DNA from: a candidate division FCPU426 bacterium
GTDB lineage: Bacteria; Oederibacteriota; Muellerivitia; Muellerivitales; Muellerivitaceae
DNA: 64,000 nucleotides
NCBI GenBank assembly: GCA_963738405.1
Contig: CAVTWJ010000004.1
Coordinates: 13,499 to 77,498 of the forward strand
Reading direction: 5' to 3'
The notes under the pieces were generated by a model. The model worked only from the letters and a program-made list of their open reading frames with translations. It did no database searches and was not told the DNA's origin. Shown piece after piece: positions 45,011 through 54,112 of this stretch (positions are counted from its first letter, which is position 1; each line of letters opens with the position of its first letter). The position numbers were made by a program, and so were the translations under genes.

Positions 45011-45634
45011 ATGGTCGATCAAAAAAAACGGATATTGATTCTTCAAATGAATCCCGTTTTTCTGAAAAAGCTCGTGAAATCATGTTCCTCACTCGGCGAT
45101 GTATTTACAGCGCAATCTCCCGAGGAGGCGTTAGAAGCGGTTTCACTTAACACCTTCGATCTGCTTCTTTTACAGTGGGAACTTATTTCTGCCGACAAAC
45201 CCCTGAATTTTGAAACCATCCGCCAATTTCAGCCCAAAAGCGCGAAAATAGCTCTTTTGCACATTTCGGATTTGTCCTCCGTGATATCGGCCATGAAAAC
45301 GGGCTTTACGGACATCATCTGGTTCGGGATTGAACGGATTCTTCTTAAACAAAAACTGGAAGATTCTTTAACCTTTAGTCCTATGACGGGTGTCAATCAC
45401 ACGCATATGACTCCTCTAGTGAAAGCCCTGACTCAAAGGAACCTGGATCAAAAAGCCACTCTTTTTCAGGCTCGGAAAGAATTTTCGAAACTGTTTTTGC
45501 AAATGATGATGAAACACAGCCGATTACGCCGACCCGAATTAGCAGCCCTTTTGGAGGTAAGTCCCCGAACCCTTCAGCGCCATTTGACCCTTTCGGGCAT
45601 TTTCAAATCCTCACTAACCCCCAAAAACCCTTGA
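45011..45634 (+). CDS. Pseudo-receiver domain protein with a C-terminal Fis-type HTH
   Basis: CheY-like fold (RILILQMN...FDLLLLQWEL) but the phospho-acceptor Asp position is Gln; C-terminal ELAALLEVSPRTLQRHL. Confidence 0.5.
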   Translation: MVDQKKRILILQMNPVFLKKLVKSCSSLGDVFTAQSPEEALEAVSLNTFDLLLLQWELISADKPLNFETIRQFQPKSAKIALLHISDLSSVISAMKTGFTDIIWFGIERILLKQKLEDSLTFSPMTGVNHTHMTPLVKALTQRNLDQKATLFQARKEFSKLFLQMMMKHSRLRRPELAALLEVSPRTLQRHLTLSGIFKSSLTPKNP

Positions 45635-45713
45635 AAAAGGTAGAAAATCCTTGCCTAAGGCCCGAATTCCCTGATATAAATGATATGGGAATTGCTATTC
45701 CAGGAGGTGGACG

Positions 45714-45989
45714 TTGACCAAGAGCGAATTGTTGGGATCATTAGCGAATGATACGGGCTTGAAGAAGAAAGACGTAGATAATGTGATGCAGGCCCTCAGA
45801 AATACCATCTACAAAACCTTGAAAACCGAGCATAAAATCAAATTGGATGGTTTGGGCGTGTTTCAGTTGAAAGACCGCAAAGCCCGGGTTGCCCGCAACC
45901 CCCGCACCGGCGAAATGGTGAATGTGCCCGCGAAAAAGGTAGTTAAATTCCGGGTTTTGAAAGATCTCAAAGAAGCCGTTTTGTCCTGA
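45714..45989 (+). CDS. HU/IHF-family nucleoid-associated DNA-binding protein
   Basis: 91 aa; MTKSELL..., GLGVFQLKDRKARVARNPRTGEMVNVPAKKVVKFR beta-arm; TTG start with GGAGGTGG SD. Confidence 0.85.
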   Translation: MTKSELLGSLANDTGLKKKDVDNVMQALRNTIYKTLKTEHKIKLDGLGVFQLKDRKARVARNPRTGEMVNVPAKKVVKFRVLKDLKEAVLS

Positions 45990-46005
45990 TTTGAAGCATT
46001 CTTTA

Positions 46006-46036
46006 AAGCACCCCGCTTTGCGGGGTGCTTTTTTTT
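46006..46036 (+). terminator. Rho-independent terminator after the HU gene
   Basis: GCACCCCGC-tttg-CGGGGTGC followed by T9. Confidence 0.75.
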
Positions 46037-46147
46037 TGCTCCTATATCTGAATGTTTTTTTGAATAAACCGTTATTTTTAAAGTATCTCTTTTAAAACCA
46101 TTTTCTGGAATACCAGTGGGAAATGGAATAATCTTCCCCTACAACCC

Positions 46148-48598
46148 ATGAAACCAAATTTCTTGCCCTCCAAGGGCAGCTTCCAAGACTCCCGCTCACT
46201 GGGGGTTCTTTTAATGGGTTTCTGGATTCTTTTTTTATTGATCCGTTTTTATTCCTCCCTGGAAAATCCATTTCATGCCCTATTTGCTTGGTTTTCCCTT
46301 CAAGGGATTCCTGACCGGCCATTGAACGAGAAAATAACCATTTGGATAGGCTTCGCCAAGTCGTTGTTTGTCGGTCTTTGGACCCTTTTATTGGCCTGGA
46401 GAGGAGGCCGGAAGATAAGGTTTTTTTTCCACAGATTTGAAAAATCTTATCCAATGGAAGCTTTTTTGGATTTAGCCTTGGGCTTCCTCATGCTCAATTG
46501 CTTCTGGATGGGCTTGGGTTTGACAGGCCTATGGTTTCCCGGATTATGGGCCCTCCTAACCCTGCCCGCTGGTTTATGGGTCATTTGGGATCTTCACCCC
46601 CTTTGGAAAAACCTTCCGCCCATACGGCTGTCCCAGTTGAAAGGTAAAGCGGGTATCGGAATCCTATTTTTATTGTCCCTGGTCTATACGGGAATCTTGT
46701 TCGCCCATGATCTGCTTCCTGAAACCTTCTATGACGCCCTCAATTATTTTTTGGGAATGCCGCAGGCCTGGCTGAACCGCCATGGGATATGCGACCTGCC
46801 GACCCAAATGCTATCGGGCTATTTTCACGGGGGTTCGCTTTTTTTCATGAACGCCCTGATCGCCGGCGACACGGGGGCCGCCAAGACGCTCAACGCTTTG
46901 GTGTTGGTGCTTTGCGTGGGGTTGGTTTGGAAATGGATGGAGGAATGGGGCGAGAAGGAAGGCGCGCTCTTTGCCGCCTTTTGGACCCTGACTTTCCCAC
47001 TGTTCTTCATCAACTCCTGGGCCGTGCGGGTGGACGGCCTGGTAACCTTCTTAACCCTTCTTGTTTTTTATTCCCTCTCGCGTCTTTGGCCATCCGGTGA
47101 AATGGCGGCTAAGGGAGCCCGGGAGGCCTATTGGGTCTTCATGGCTTGCGCCTTGGGCGGGGCGGCGATCGCGGTGAAGCCCACGGCCCTGGTAGGGCTG
47201 GCTGCGGTTTCGCTATTGCTTCTTTGGGATAAGGGGCCTATTTGGTTTTTCCGGCCCAAGCATTGGGTCTTCGCCGGGGTTTGCTTTCTTGTTTTCGCCG
47301 GGCCTTGGCTTCTTAAAAATTGGGTCTATGCGGGCAACCCCCTCTTTCCTTACGCTTCATCCCTTTTCGGCGGGCGTTCCCTAACTCCCGATCATTACGC
47401 CCGACTGCTTGGTGAAAACCACCAGTTTCTTCCCATGGATCACGGCCTTTTCTCTTATCTCACCCTGCCATGGCGGTTGACTATGCCCCAGGAGGGGGAG
47501 ACTCAATTTTTGGGGCCCCTGATCCTGGCTTTTCTGCCATTGTTATTTCTATTGAAACATTTGGACGGCCGCTGGAAACGATTGGCCTGGTTGACGGCCT
47601 TGTATTTGATATTAGGGCTCTGTTCCACCCACATGCTCCGTTTTTTAATGCCGGGGTTTCTCATGCTCTTCGTGCTGGTGGGGAAGGCCGTGGCCCATTC
47701 GGGAGAGATGGTTAAAAAAACAGCTTGGGCGGCACTGGGGCTATCCGCAGTTTTGAACCTGGGCTCCTACGCGGTTTTAAGTTCTCGTTATTTTGACGGC
47801 GCTGGGGTTTGGTCGGGCCGGGAAACGCCGGAAGCCTACCTCGACCGGAAAATGATCAATTCTTATGAGCCGCTGGCCCGCTGGTGTGACTTTCTTCCTT
47901 CCGAATCCAAGGTGCTGGTGGTGGGGGATGCGAGGGGCCAATATTATCCCCGTCCTTTTCTCGCCAATTCGGCCTTTGATATGCCCTTTTTCGAGGAAGC
48001 CGCCAAGGAAGAGAAGAGCCCCCAGGGAATCCTAAAGCGCCTGAAAGAAGCCGGGATCGACGCCGTGGTCCTCAACCTACCGGAAGGCATGAGATTGAGC
48101 CAGCAATACGGCCTCTATCATCTCACTCCGGACCAATGGAAAAAGTTGGACCTCTTTTTTAAAGAAGGTCTAAAACCAGTCTTTATCAGGCCTACCCTGC
48201 AAGCCTATTTGGTGGGTGATTCACTTGGCGCCCCTGATTTAAAGGCTCCTTTTGATCCCTTCACCTTTTTTGACGCCGCGACTTTTGAATTTACCGAAGC
48301 CCTCCAAGCGGGTGACCTGAAAAAGGCAGAGGGATTGAGGCTTGAGGTATTTAACCTTTTCCCCCGGGATGCCTATTGGCGGGAGCAATTGGCCCGATTG
48401 GACGAAGCGGAAGGAGTTCCCCAGCAAGCGTTGAAAGATTACAAGCAAGCGGACCAACTGGGGTTTTTGTCCCCGAATGGCTATGAAAGCTGGAAAACCC
48501 TTAGCCGAAAGTGGGGAAGGGGCAGGGACTTAGCCTTGATCACGAAAAGGGAGAAGGCTTGGGCTTCCCAGAAACAAACCGCGGGGGCTCAACCTTGA
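46148..48598 (+). CDS. Large polytopic membrane protein, GT-C-fold glycosyltransferase-like (ArnT/PMT/YfhO-like), paralog A
   Basis: 816 aa, >12 TM helices in the N-terminal ~500 aa, then a soluble C-terminal domain; conserved block ETFYDALNYFLG..GG.LFFMNALIAG shared with the downstream paralog. Confidence 0.55.
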   Translation: MKPNFLPSKGSFQDSRSLGVLLMGFWILFLLIRFYSSLENPFHALFAWFSLQGIPDRPLNEKITIWIGFAKSLFVGLWTLLLAWRGGRKIRFFFHRFEKSYPMEAFLDLALGFLMLNCFWMGLGLTGLWFPGLWALLTLPAGLWVIWDLHPLWKNLPPIRLSQLKGKAGIGILFLLSLVYTGILFAHDLLPETFYDALNYFLGMPQAWLNRHGICDLPTQMLSGYFHGGSLFFMNALIAGDTGAAKTLNALVLVLCVGLVWKWMEEWGEKEGALFAAFWTLTFPLFFINSWAVRVDGLVTFLTLLVFYSLSRLWPSGEMAAKGAREAYWVFMACALGGAAIAVKPTALVGLAAVSLLLLWDKGPIWFFRPKHWVFAGVCFLVFAGPWLLKNWVYAGNPLFPYASSLFGGRSLTPDHYARLLGENHQFLPMDHGLFSYLTLPWRLTMPQEGETQFLGPLILAFLPLLFLLKHLDGRWKRLAWLTALYLILGLCSTHMLRFLMPGFLMLFVLVGKAVAHSGEMVKKTAWAALGLSAVLNLGSYAVLSSRYFDGAGVWSGRETPEAYLDRKMINSYEPLARWCDFLPSESKVLVVGDARGQYYPRPFLANSAFDMPFFEEAAKEEKSPQGILKRLKEAGIDAVVLNLPEGMRLSQQYGLYHLTPDQWKKLDLFFKEGLKPVFIRPTLQAYLVGDSLGAPDLKAPFDPFTFFDAATFEFTEALQAGDLKKAEGLRLEVFNLFPRDAYWREQLARLDEAEGVPQQALKDYKQADQLGFLSPNGYESWKTLSRKWGRGRDLALITKREKAWASQKQTAGAQP

Positions 48599-48618
48599 AT
48601 CCGCGTCCTTCTTCCGCC

Positions 48619-50943
48619 ATGGCACCTTCTTCCATCCGCCTATTGCTCGCGGGTGCCTGGGCGCTGGGCCTGATTATTTTTTATTTTAAAACGGCCTCCA
48701 TCACCTTTTCGGCCGTTCCAGGTTTCTTTGATCTTTCCCGATTTCTGGACGTGGATTTCTCCGCCCGATGGGCGGTTTGGAAAGGGTCTTTAGGGATATT
48801 GGTTGCCTCGGCTGGAATCCTATGGCTGGTCATGGGATGGGGAAGACGGGTGGCTGGGTTATTAGGTCTCAAACCCGCTTCAAATTTCCTGCGCTGGGCC
48901 CTTTCTTTTGGCTTGGGGGGGTGCGTCCTGAACTTGTTTTGGATGGGAAGTGGTTTGGTACGGCTGTGGTTTCCGTGGGAGAAATGGCTGAATCTATTTA
49001 TGATGGCCATAAATCTGATATGGATCAATACAGGGTTAGGCGCGTTTTGGTATCCGCACTTAGAATGGATTGTGGTTCTGCTATTGGTGGTTGTTTTAAT
49101 GAAGCCGGCCTTTGGTTTTTTACGATCTGCAAGAAATTTGCGTTTCCCAGTTATAAAGCCTCCTAGTTTGGGTCTTGGATTGTTGGTCTTAATGGGGTTG
49201 TGGTTCAACTTATTATCCTTCACTCAGGCTCTAACACCTGAAAGCTTTTACGATTCGATGGTTTACCACTTGGCTGTCCCTGCCTTTTGGCTTCAACATC
49301 ACGGTATGATAGATTTCCCGACGAATTTTTTTTCCAATTATCCCTTTGGCGGGGAGTGTTTTTTCTTGAACGGGTTTGCACTTCAGGGTACCGAGACGGC
49401 CAAGATGCTCCAGGCCCTAACAGTTCTGGCCTGTGCCTTCGCGGCGGGCGGTTGGGCCGAGGAAGTGGCGGGCCCTTCGGCCGGTATCAAGGCCCGCTGG
49501 CTCGCCTTTGGCTTGACGGCCACCCTTCCCCTTCTGACCTTGAACGCCTGGGCCACCCAGGTGGAAGGGTTATTGACGCTCTTCATCATTCTTTTTCTTT
49601 ATTGTCTGACTCGCTTAAATGAGGGCGGTAAAAGATGGGTTTTGGCGGCAGGGCTTTTGGCGGGCGGGGCCTTAAGCGTCAAATACACGGCTCTCTTTGC
49701 CCTGGTGCCTGCCTTGGGGCTCTTGGGTTTTCAAAAAAGCTTTCGGCGTTTCTTTTCTTTTTCCAACATCCTGATCTTCGGGACCAGCGCATGCTTACTC
49801 TTTTTGCCCTGGGTTCTTAAAAACGTTGCCTATACGGGAAACCCGGTTTTTCCTTACTTGCCTAATTGGTTTTCGGGCCGTCATTTAAGCACCGAAGGAT
49901 TCGCTCGTTTAATGGAAGAACAACATGCGGTAGCCGCCCATACCTTTTGGCAATGGTTGGCCCTACCCTGGACCCTCACCTTTTCTAACCCCGACAGTTA
50001 CAACTTTTGCGGGCCCTTGGCTTTGGGGTTGGTTCCTATTCCCTTTTTGATCGGGTCTAAGCATCCGGCATTAAGGTTCCTTTCCCGCTTGTGCCTGCTT
50101 CTATTGGTGGTCGGGTTGGCTTCTACTCATATCCTTAAATTTTCCTTGCCGGTTTTTCCCCTCTTTTATGTGCTGGTAGCTTGCCTGGCGGGAATCCAAA
50201 CCGATTCCAGATGGCTAACTGGCACAGCCTGGGCTGGGGTTTTGGCGAGCCTTCTTTGTTTGGGGCCTTTGCTGGCAATCGCCCAGTACTACTACCCCTC
50301 CATGGGCGTCTTAACAGGGGCTCAAACGAGGGACGAGGCCTTAGTTTCGCAGGGCAAGATCACACCCTATTTGCCAATGGCCCGGTGGCTTTTGCCACCC
50401 CACGTGACAGCCTCATCGACTCTCTTGATCATTGGGGATGCGCGGGGCCTTTATTACGGCCAGCCTTTTCAAACCAACACGGTTTTCGATGAACAGTTTC
50501 TCTCCAGGGCCTGCCGGGAAGGGAAGGATGCGGAAGGTTTGAAACTCGCCTTAAAAGAAGCGGGGGTGGATTACCTGGCGGTGAATGGGCCGGAGGGGAT
50601 TCGGGTTTCGGATCAGTACCATCATTACGATTTAACCTCCGCCCAATGGCAGCTATTGGATGACTTTATACAAACGGGAACGGATATGGTTTATTCCCAT
50701 AACCTTCAGGCGGTTTATAAGATCAGGAGTGATTGGAAGGCAAAGCCCTCGTCCGAAACACCCGATCTGTTGCTGTTGTTTTCGAAGCCCGCTGTCGACT
50801 TCATGCGCCAATCGCAACAGCAGAAGTGGGATGAAGCCCTGGTCGATCTTCAGGAAACCGCGAAACTTTATTCATTCTCATCTTTTTGGCAGGATCAGTT
50901 GAAGGAATTAGAGAATAAGATTGGGAGTTTGAAAAATGGTTGA
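48619..50943 (+). CDS. Paralogous GT-C-like polytopic membrane protein, paralog B
   Basis: Same TM topology and conserved blocks (ESFYDSMVYHLA..GGECFFLNGFALQG, LTLNAWATQVEGLLTLFIILFLY) as paralog A; start refined to MAPSSIRLLLAG. Confidence 0.55.
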   Translation: MAPSSIRLLLAGAWALGLIIFYFKTASITFSAVPGFFDLSRFLDVDFSARWAVWKGSLGILVASAGILWLVMGWGRRVAGLLGLKPASNFLRWALSFGLGGCVLNLFWMGSGLVRLWFPWEKWLNLFMMAINLIWINTGLGAFWYPHLEWIVVLLLVVVLMKPAFGFLRSARNLRFPVIKPPSLGLGLLVLMGLWFNLLSFTQALTPESFYDSMVYHLAVPAFWLQHHGMIDFPTNFFSNYPFGGECFFLNGFALQGTETAKMLQALTVLACAFAAGGWAEEVAGPSAGIKARWLAFGLTATLPLLTLNAWATQVEGLLTLFIILFLYCLTRLNEGGKRWVLAAGLLAGGALSVKYTALFALVPALGLLGFQKSFRRFFSFSNILIFGTSACLLFLPWVLKNVAYTGNPVFPYLPNWFSGRHLSTEGFARLMEEQHAVAAHTFWQWLALPWTLTFSNPDSYNFCGPLALGLVPIPFLIGSKHPALRFLSRLCLLLLVVGLASTHILKFSLPVFPLFYVLVACLAGIQTDSRWLTGTAWAGVLASLLCLGPLLAIAQYYYPSMGVLTGAQTRDEALVSQGKITPYLPMARWLLPPHVTASSTLLIIGDARGLYYGQPFQTNTVFDEQFLSRACREGKDAEGLKLALKEAGVDYLAVNGPEGIRVSDQYHHYDLTSAQWQLLDDFIQTGTDMVYSHNLQAVYKIRSDWKAKPSSETPDLLLLFSKPAVDFMRQSQQQKWDEALVDLQETAKLYSFSSFWQDQLKELENKIGSLKNG

Positions 50944-52825
50944 TCGAATGGGAAGGGCATCAATTGGGCTTCTTCTTTTTTGGGTGCCCCTGACCTTCTA
51001 TTCCCGCAGTGCGGACGGCTTCGTACTGTCCAAAGAATGGGTTGCTCTGGGTGCCGGGATTTTGCTGGTGGGGTTGGCCCTTTCCCGTATCCCAAGCCTT
51101 TTGCGAAATCCATTGGTTGTTATTTCGGGTCTCTTTCTGCTGTGGATGCTGGGAGATGGATTACTCACTGTGTCTGATTCCACATCTGTGTGGGTCGGTT
51201 CCGCCTATCTTTGGGTCATTTTCCTTACCTTTATTGCGGTGGTTTTGATCGCTGGGCGGGGATTTACCTACGAAAAAATGCTTCATCTAGCCCTAGCGGC
51301 AGGGGTTTTCACGGCGGCCTATGGCTTGGCACAGGCATTGGGGGCCGATACCCATAATTGGGACACTCATTTCGAACGCCGGGCCTTTGCCACGCTGGGT
51401 AACCCCGATTATCTGGCCGGTTACTTGGTTGCTCTCCTTCCCATGTCGTTGATTCTTACCCTTCGATCCTCCGGTCAAAGATGGTGGTTCGGTTTTAGGG
51501 CCATCACCCTTCTATTATTCGCCGGGCTTCTCGTAACACGGGTTCGAGGTTCCTTATTGGCTCTAGGGCTTTCCCTGTTAGTTCTGGTCTTGGGGCTTTG
51601 GATGCCCTGGGGCAAAACACTTGCCGCTAAAAATAAGAAAACCCTCGGGATTGCCTTCGCACTGTTGTTAGCGGGTGGGGCGGCTTATTGGTTCCGTTAC
51701 GGGGGCTTGAATGCTTTCGACATGGGGCAGGTTTCGGTTCAACAGCGCCTTCAGACCTACCAGGTGGGGATGGAAATGCTGAAGGACCACCCCCTCACCG
51801 GGATCGGCCTGGGCCAACTGGGACGGGATTATCCTCTCTACCAATGGAGGCCCTATACCCAAGCCGAATGGCCTGCCCATCCCCTGACCCTGACGGAACA
51901 TCTCCATAATGAGTTTTTGCAGTTCGCTGTGGAAGGCGGATGGATCGGATTGGGGTTGTATCTGCTGGTTCTGTTGGCCTTTGCCCGACAGACCTTCCAG
52001 CTTTTTGGAAATCCAACCACCTCCTCCGCCTCTAAAGAATTAATGTTGGGAATCGTGGCTTCGCTGGTTGCTCTGTTGGGGCAGGCTTTGACCAATTTTC
52101 CCTTTCAAGTGATCCCAACGGGAGTACTTTTGGGATTGTTCTTTGCGGCGCCAGTGGCATTAGCGCCAAGGGCAATAGAACCCCAAAGGTTTCGCGTGGG
52201 TCGAGTCTCAATGGCGGTATTAGGCTTGGTTCTATTGGCATTGGGGGCCTGGGGGGCCAAGAACATGGCGGCCTCCATCGCTTTAAGGGACACCGTGGGT
52301 GAAACCAACCTGGGGAACGCGGCCAAGGCCGGTGCCTATGCCGATCGGTTAGCGGGTTTGGCCCCAGGCGACCCTAAGGCTTGGGACGCGGTGGCCAAGG
52401 CTAGGGAATTGAACAAGCAATGGGACGGGGCAATGGAATCCTACGCCCGGGAAACAGCGCTCAACCCTAACGTGGTGGAAGCCTATTACGCCATGGCTCA
52501 AGACCGGATCATGCAGGGGCGTTTGGATGAAGCCCTGGCCCTTTGCCAAAAATGTTTAGCGGTGGCGCCTAATTATTCGTCGGTCGTGTGGCTGGAAGGC
52601 GTTTGCTATTTCAAGTTGAACCGATATGCCGAGGCCACACAGGAATTTGAGCAGTTCATTCCCTATGCACCCATGGAAGAATCACTCTATGTAAATTTGG
52701 GGGTTTGTTACGTAAAGTCGGCCCGTAAGGCCGACGCAGTGGCGGCTTGGAAAAAGGCTTATTCCCTCAACCCGCAGGACGCCCAAGTGGTCCTTTATCT
52801 AAAATCGGTGGGTGTGAAGATTTAA
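50936..52825 (+). CDS. O-antigen ligase (Wzy_C) family membrane protein with C-terminal TPR repeats (WaaL/PglL-like)
   Basis: Multi-TM with the Wzy_C signature (HLHNEFLQFAVEGGWIGLGLYL, periplasmic loop GIGLGQ); C-terminal TPR units (AYYAMAQDRIMQGRLDEALALCQKCLAVAPN...). Confidence 0.7.
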   Translation: MVDRMGRASIGLLLFWVPLTFYSRSADGFVLSKEWVALGAGILLVGLALSRIPSLLRNPLVVISGLFLLWMLGDGLLTVSDSTSVWVGSAYLWVIFLTFIAVVLIAGRGFTYEKMLHLALAAGVFTAAYGLAQALGADTHNWDTHFERRAFATLGNPDYLAGYLVALLPMSLILTLRSSGQRWWFGFRAITLLLFAGLLVTRVRGSLLALGLSLLVLVLGLWMPWGKTLAAKNKKTLGIAFALLLAGGAAYWFRYGGLNAFDMGQVSVQQRLQTYQVGMEMLKDHPLTGIGLGQLGRDYPLYQWRPYTQAEWPAHPLTLTEHLHNEFLQFAVEGGWIGLGLYLLVLLAFARQTFQLFGNPTTSSASKELMLGIVASLVALLGQALTNFPFQVIPTGVLLGLFFAAPVALAPRAIEPQRFRVGRVSMAVLGLVLLALGAWGAKNMAASIALRDTVGETNLGNAAKAGAYADRLAGLAPGDPKAWDAVAKARELNKQWDGAMESYARETALNPNVVEAYYAMAQDRIMQGRLDEALALCQKCLAVAPNYSSVVWLEGVCYFKLNRYAEATQEFEQFIPYAPMEESLYVNLGVCYVKSARKADAVAAWKKAYSLNPQDAQVVLYLKSVGVKI

Positions 52826-52834
52826 AAAAACCGA

Positions 52835-54100
52835 TCAACTTCCCGCGATCAGTTTTTCCCACAAAGCCTCATTGATCATGATCTTGCTGATGAAGTCTTT
52901 TTCGTCAATTTCGGCGGAACGCGCGACCGGGTTGAGAGGAAAGGTTAAAGTGAAAACATTTCCCTTGCCGTTCTCGTTTCGCGCCGTGATGCGCCCGCCG
53001 TGGTGATAAACGATGAAAAAGCACGTCATCAGATAGATACCGAATTCGCTGGGCTTGCCGCTGCGCACGAAAAAGGGATCGAAGATGGATTGGAGCGCGT
53101 CCTGGGAAAGGCCCGGGCCGTTGTCCTCCAGCTCAATCTGGATTTCCCCTGGTCCTTCCTTGGGGCCGATGGCCTCTGCGGTCCATTTCACCTGTCCTCC
53201 CGAAAATAGGGAAGCGGCTTCCTCCATCAATAAAAGCTCGAAAAGGCGGTGAAACTGCTTTTGGTCCACGTGAAGTTCGGGCAGGGAAGCGGGAATCTTG
53301 TTTTGGACGGCGATACCTTTCTGATCCAGTTCGGGCTTCACCTTGGCGATGGCCTGCTCAACCACCTGGTGAAGGCTCACCTTGTCGGGGAATTCGGGGG
53401 AGGGTCTTTCCGAGGACTCCCATAGGTCGCTTAAAAGGTTGACCACCTTGTCCATTTGCCCCTGAACCTTCTGGTAATAATCCTTCCAAAAGTCGGGGTT
53501 GCGCAATTGCTCGACGTTGATGTTTTCTTCCTGCAGTTTCCTGGGGGCCAGGTCCAAGAAGGTCTTCACTGCCACCATCGAGTTGCGGATGTGGTGACTC
53601 AAACCGGTCGCGAGAATACCTAAGCTTAAAATCCGGTCGGTCAGCATGACGTTGTAAAGGGTGGACATCTTTTCCCGCAACAGCTGGTCCCTTTCGCTTT
53701 GAACCATGAAAAATTCCAAGCCGCGCTTGAGGGTGATTTCCAACTGGGGGATATCCCAGGGTTTGGTGATGTATTTATAGATGGCGCCCGTATTAACGGA
53801 ATCGATGGCGGTTTCCAGGTCCGAATAGGCGGTAACCAGTATCCGCAAGATATGGGGCTTCAAATGGCGGGCTTTTTCCAGAAGCTGGATGCCCTTTTCT
53901 CCGGGCATCCTTTGGTCGGTCATGAGGACGGCGATTTGAGCCAGGTTTTCCCTTAGGATCTGGTAGCCCTCAAAGGCGTTGGGCGCGGTCAAAACCGAGA
54001 ATTTCTCCCCAAAAGCCTCCCGAAAATATTTCAAGGATTTCTCTTCGTCGTCCACGTAGAGAATGTAGAATTTTTTATAGTCGTAATAGTTGGTTGTCAT
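52835..54100 (-). CDS. Receiver (REC) domain fused to a C-terminal histidine-kinase-like transmitter (PhcR-like architecture)
   Basis: REC: ILYVDDEEKSL, acceptor LMTDQRMPGEKG, KPW; HisKA-like GLSHHIRNSMVAVK; HATPase_c N/G boxes (ELEDNGPGLS, FDPFF, SEFGIYL). Confidence 0.8.
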   Translation of the reverse strand: MTTNYYDYKKFYILYVDDEEKSLKYFREAFGEKFSVLTAPNAFEGYQILRENLAQIAVLMTDQRMPGEKGIQLLEKARHLKPHILRILVTAYSDLETAIDSVNTGAIYKYITKPWDIPQLEITLKRGLEFFMVQSERDQLLREKMSTLYNVMLTDRILSLGILATGLSHHIRNSMVAVKTFLDLAPRKLQEENINVEQLRNPDFWKDYYQKVQGQMDKVVNLLSDLWESSERPSPEFPDKVSLHQVVEQAIAKVKPELDQKGIAVQNKIPASLPELHVDQKQFHRLFELLLMEEAASLFSGGQVKWTAEAIGPKEGPGEIQIELEDNGPGLSQDALQSIFDPFFVRSGKPSEFGIYLMTCFFIVYHHGGRITARNENGKGNVFTLTFPLNPVARSAEIDEKDFISKIMINEALWEKLIAGS

Positions 54101-54112
54101 AGTCCGTCCTTT

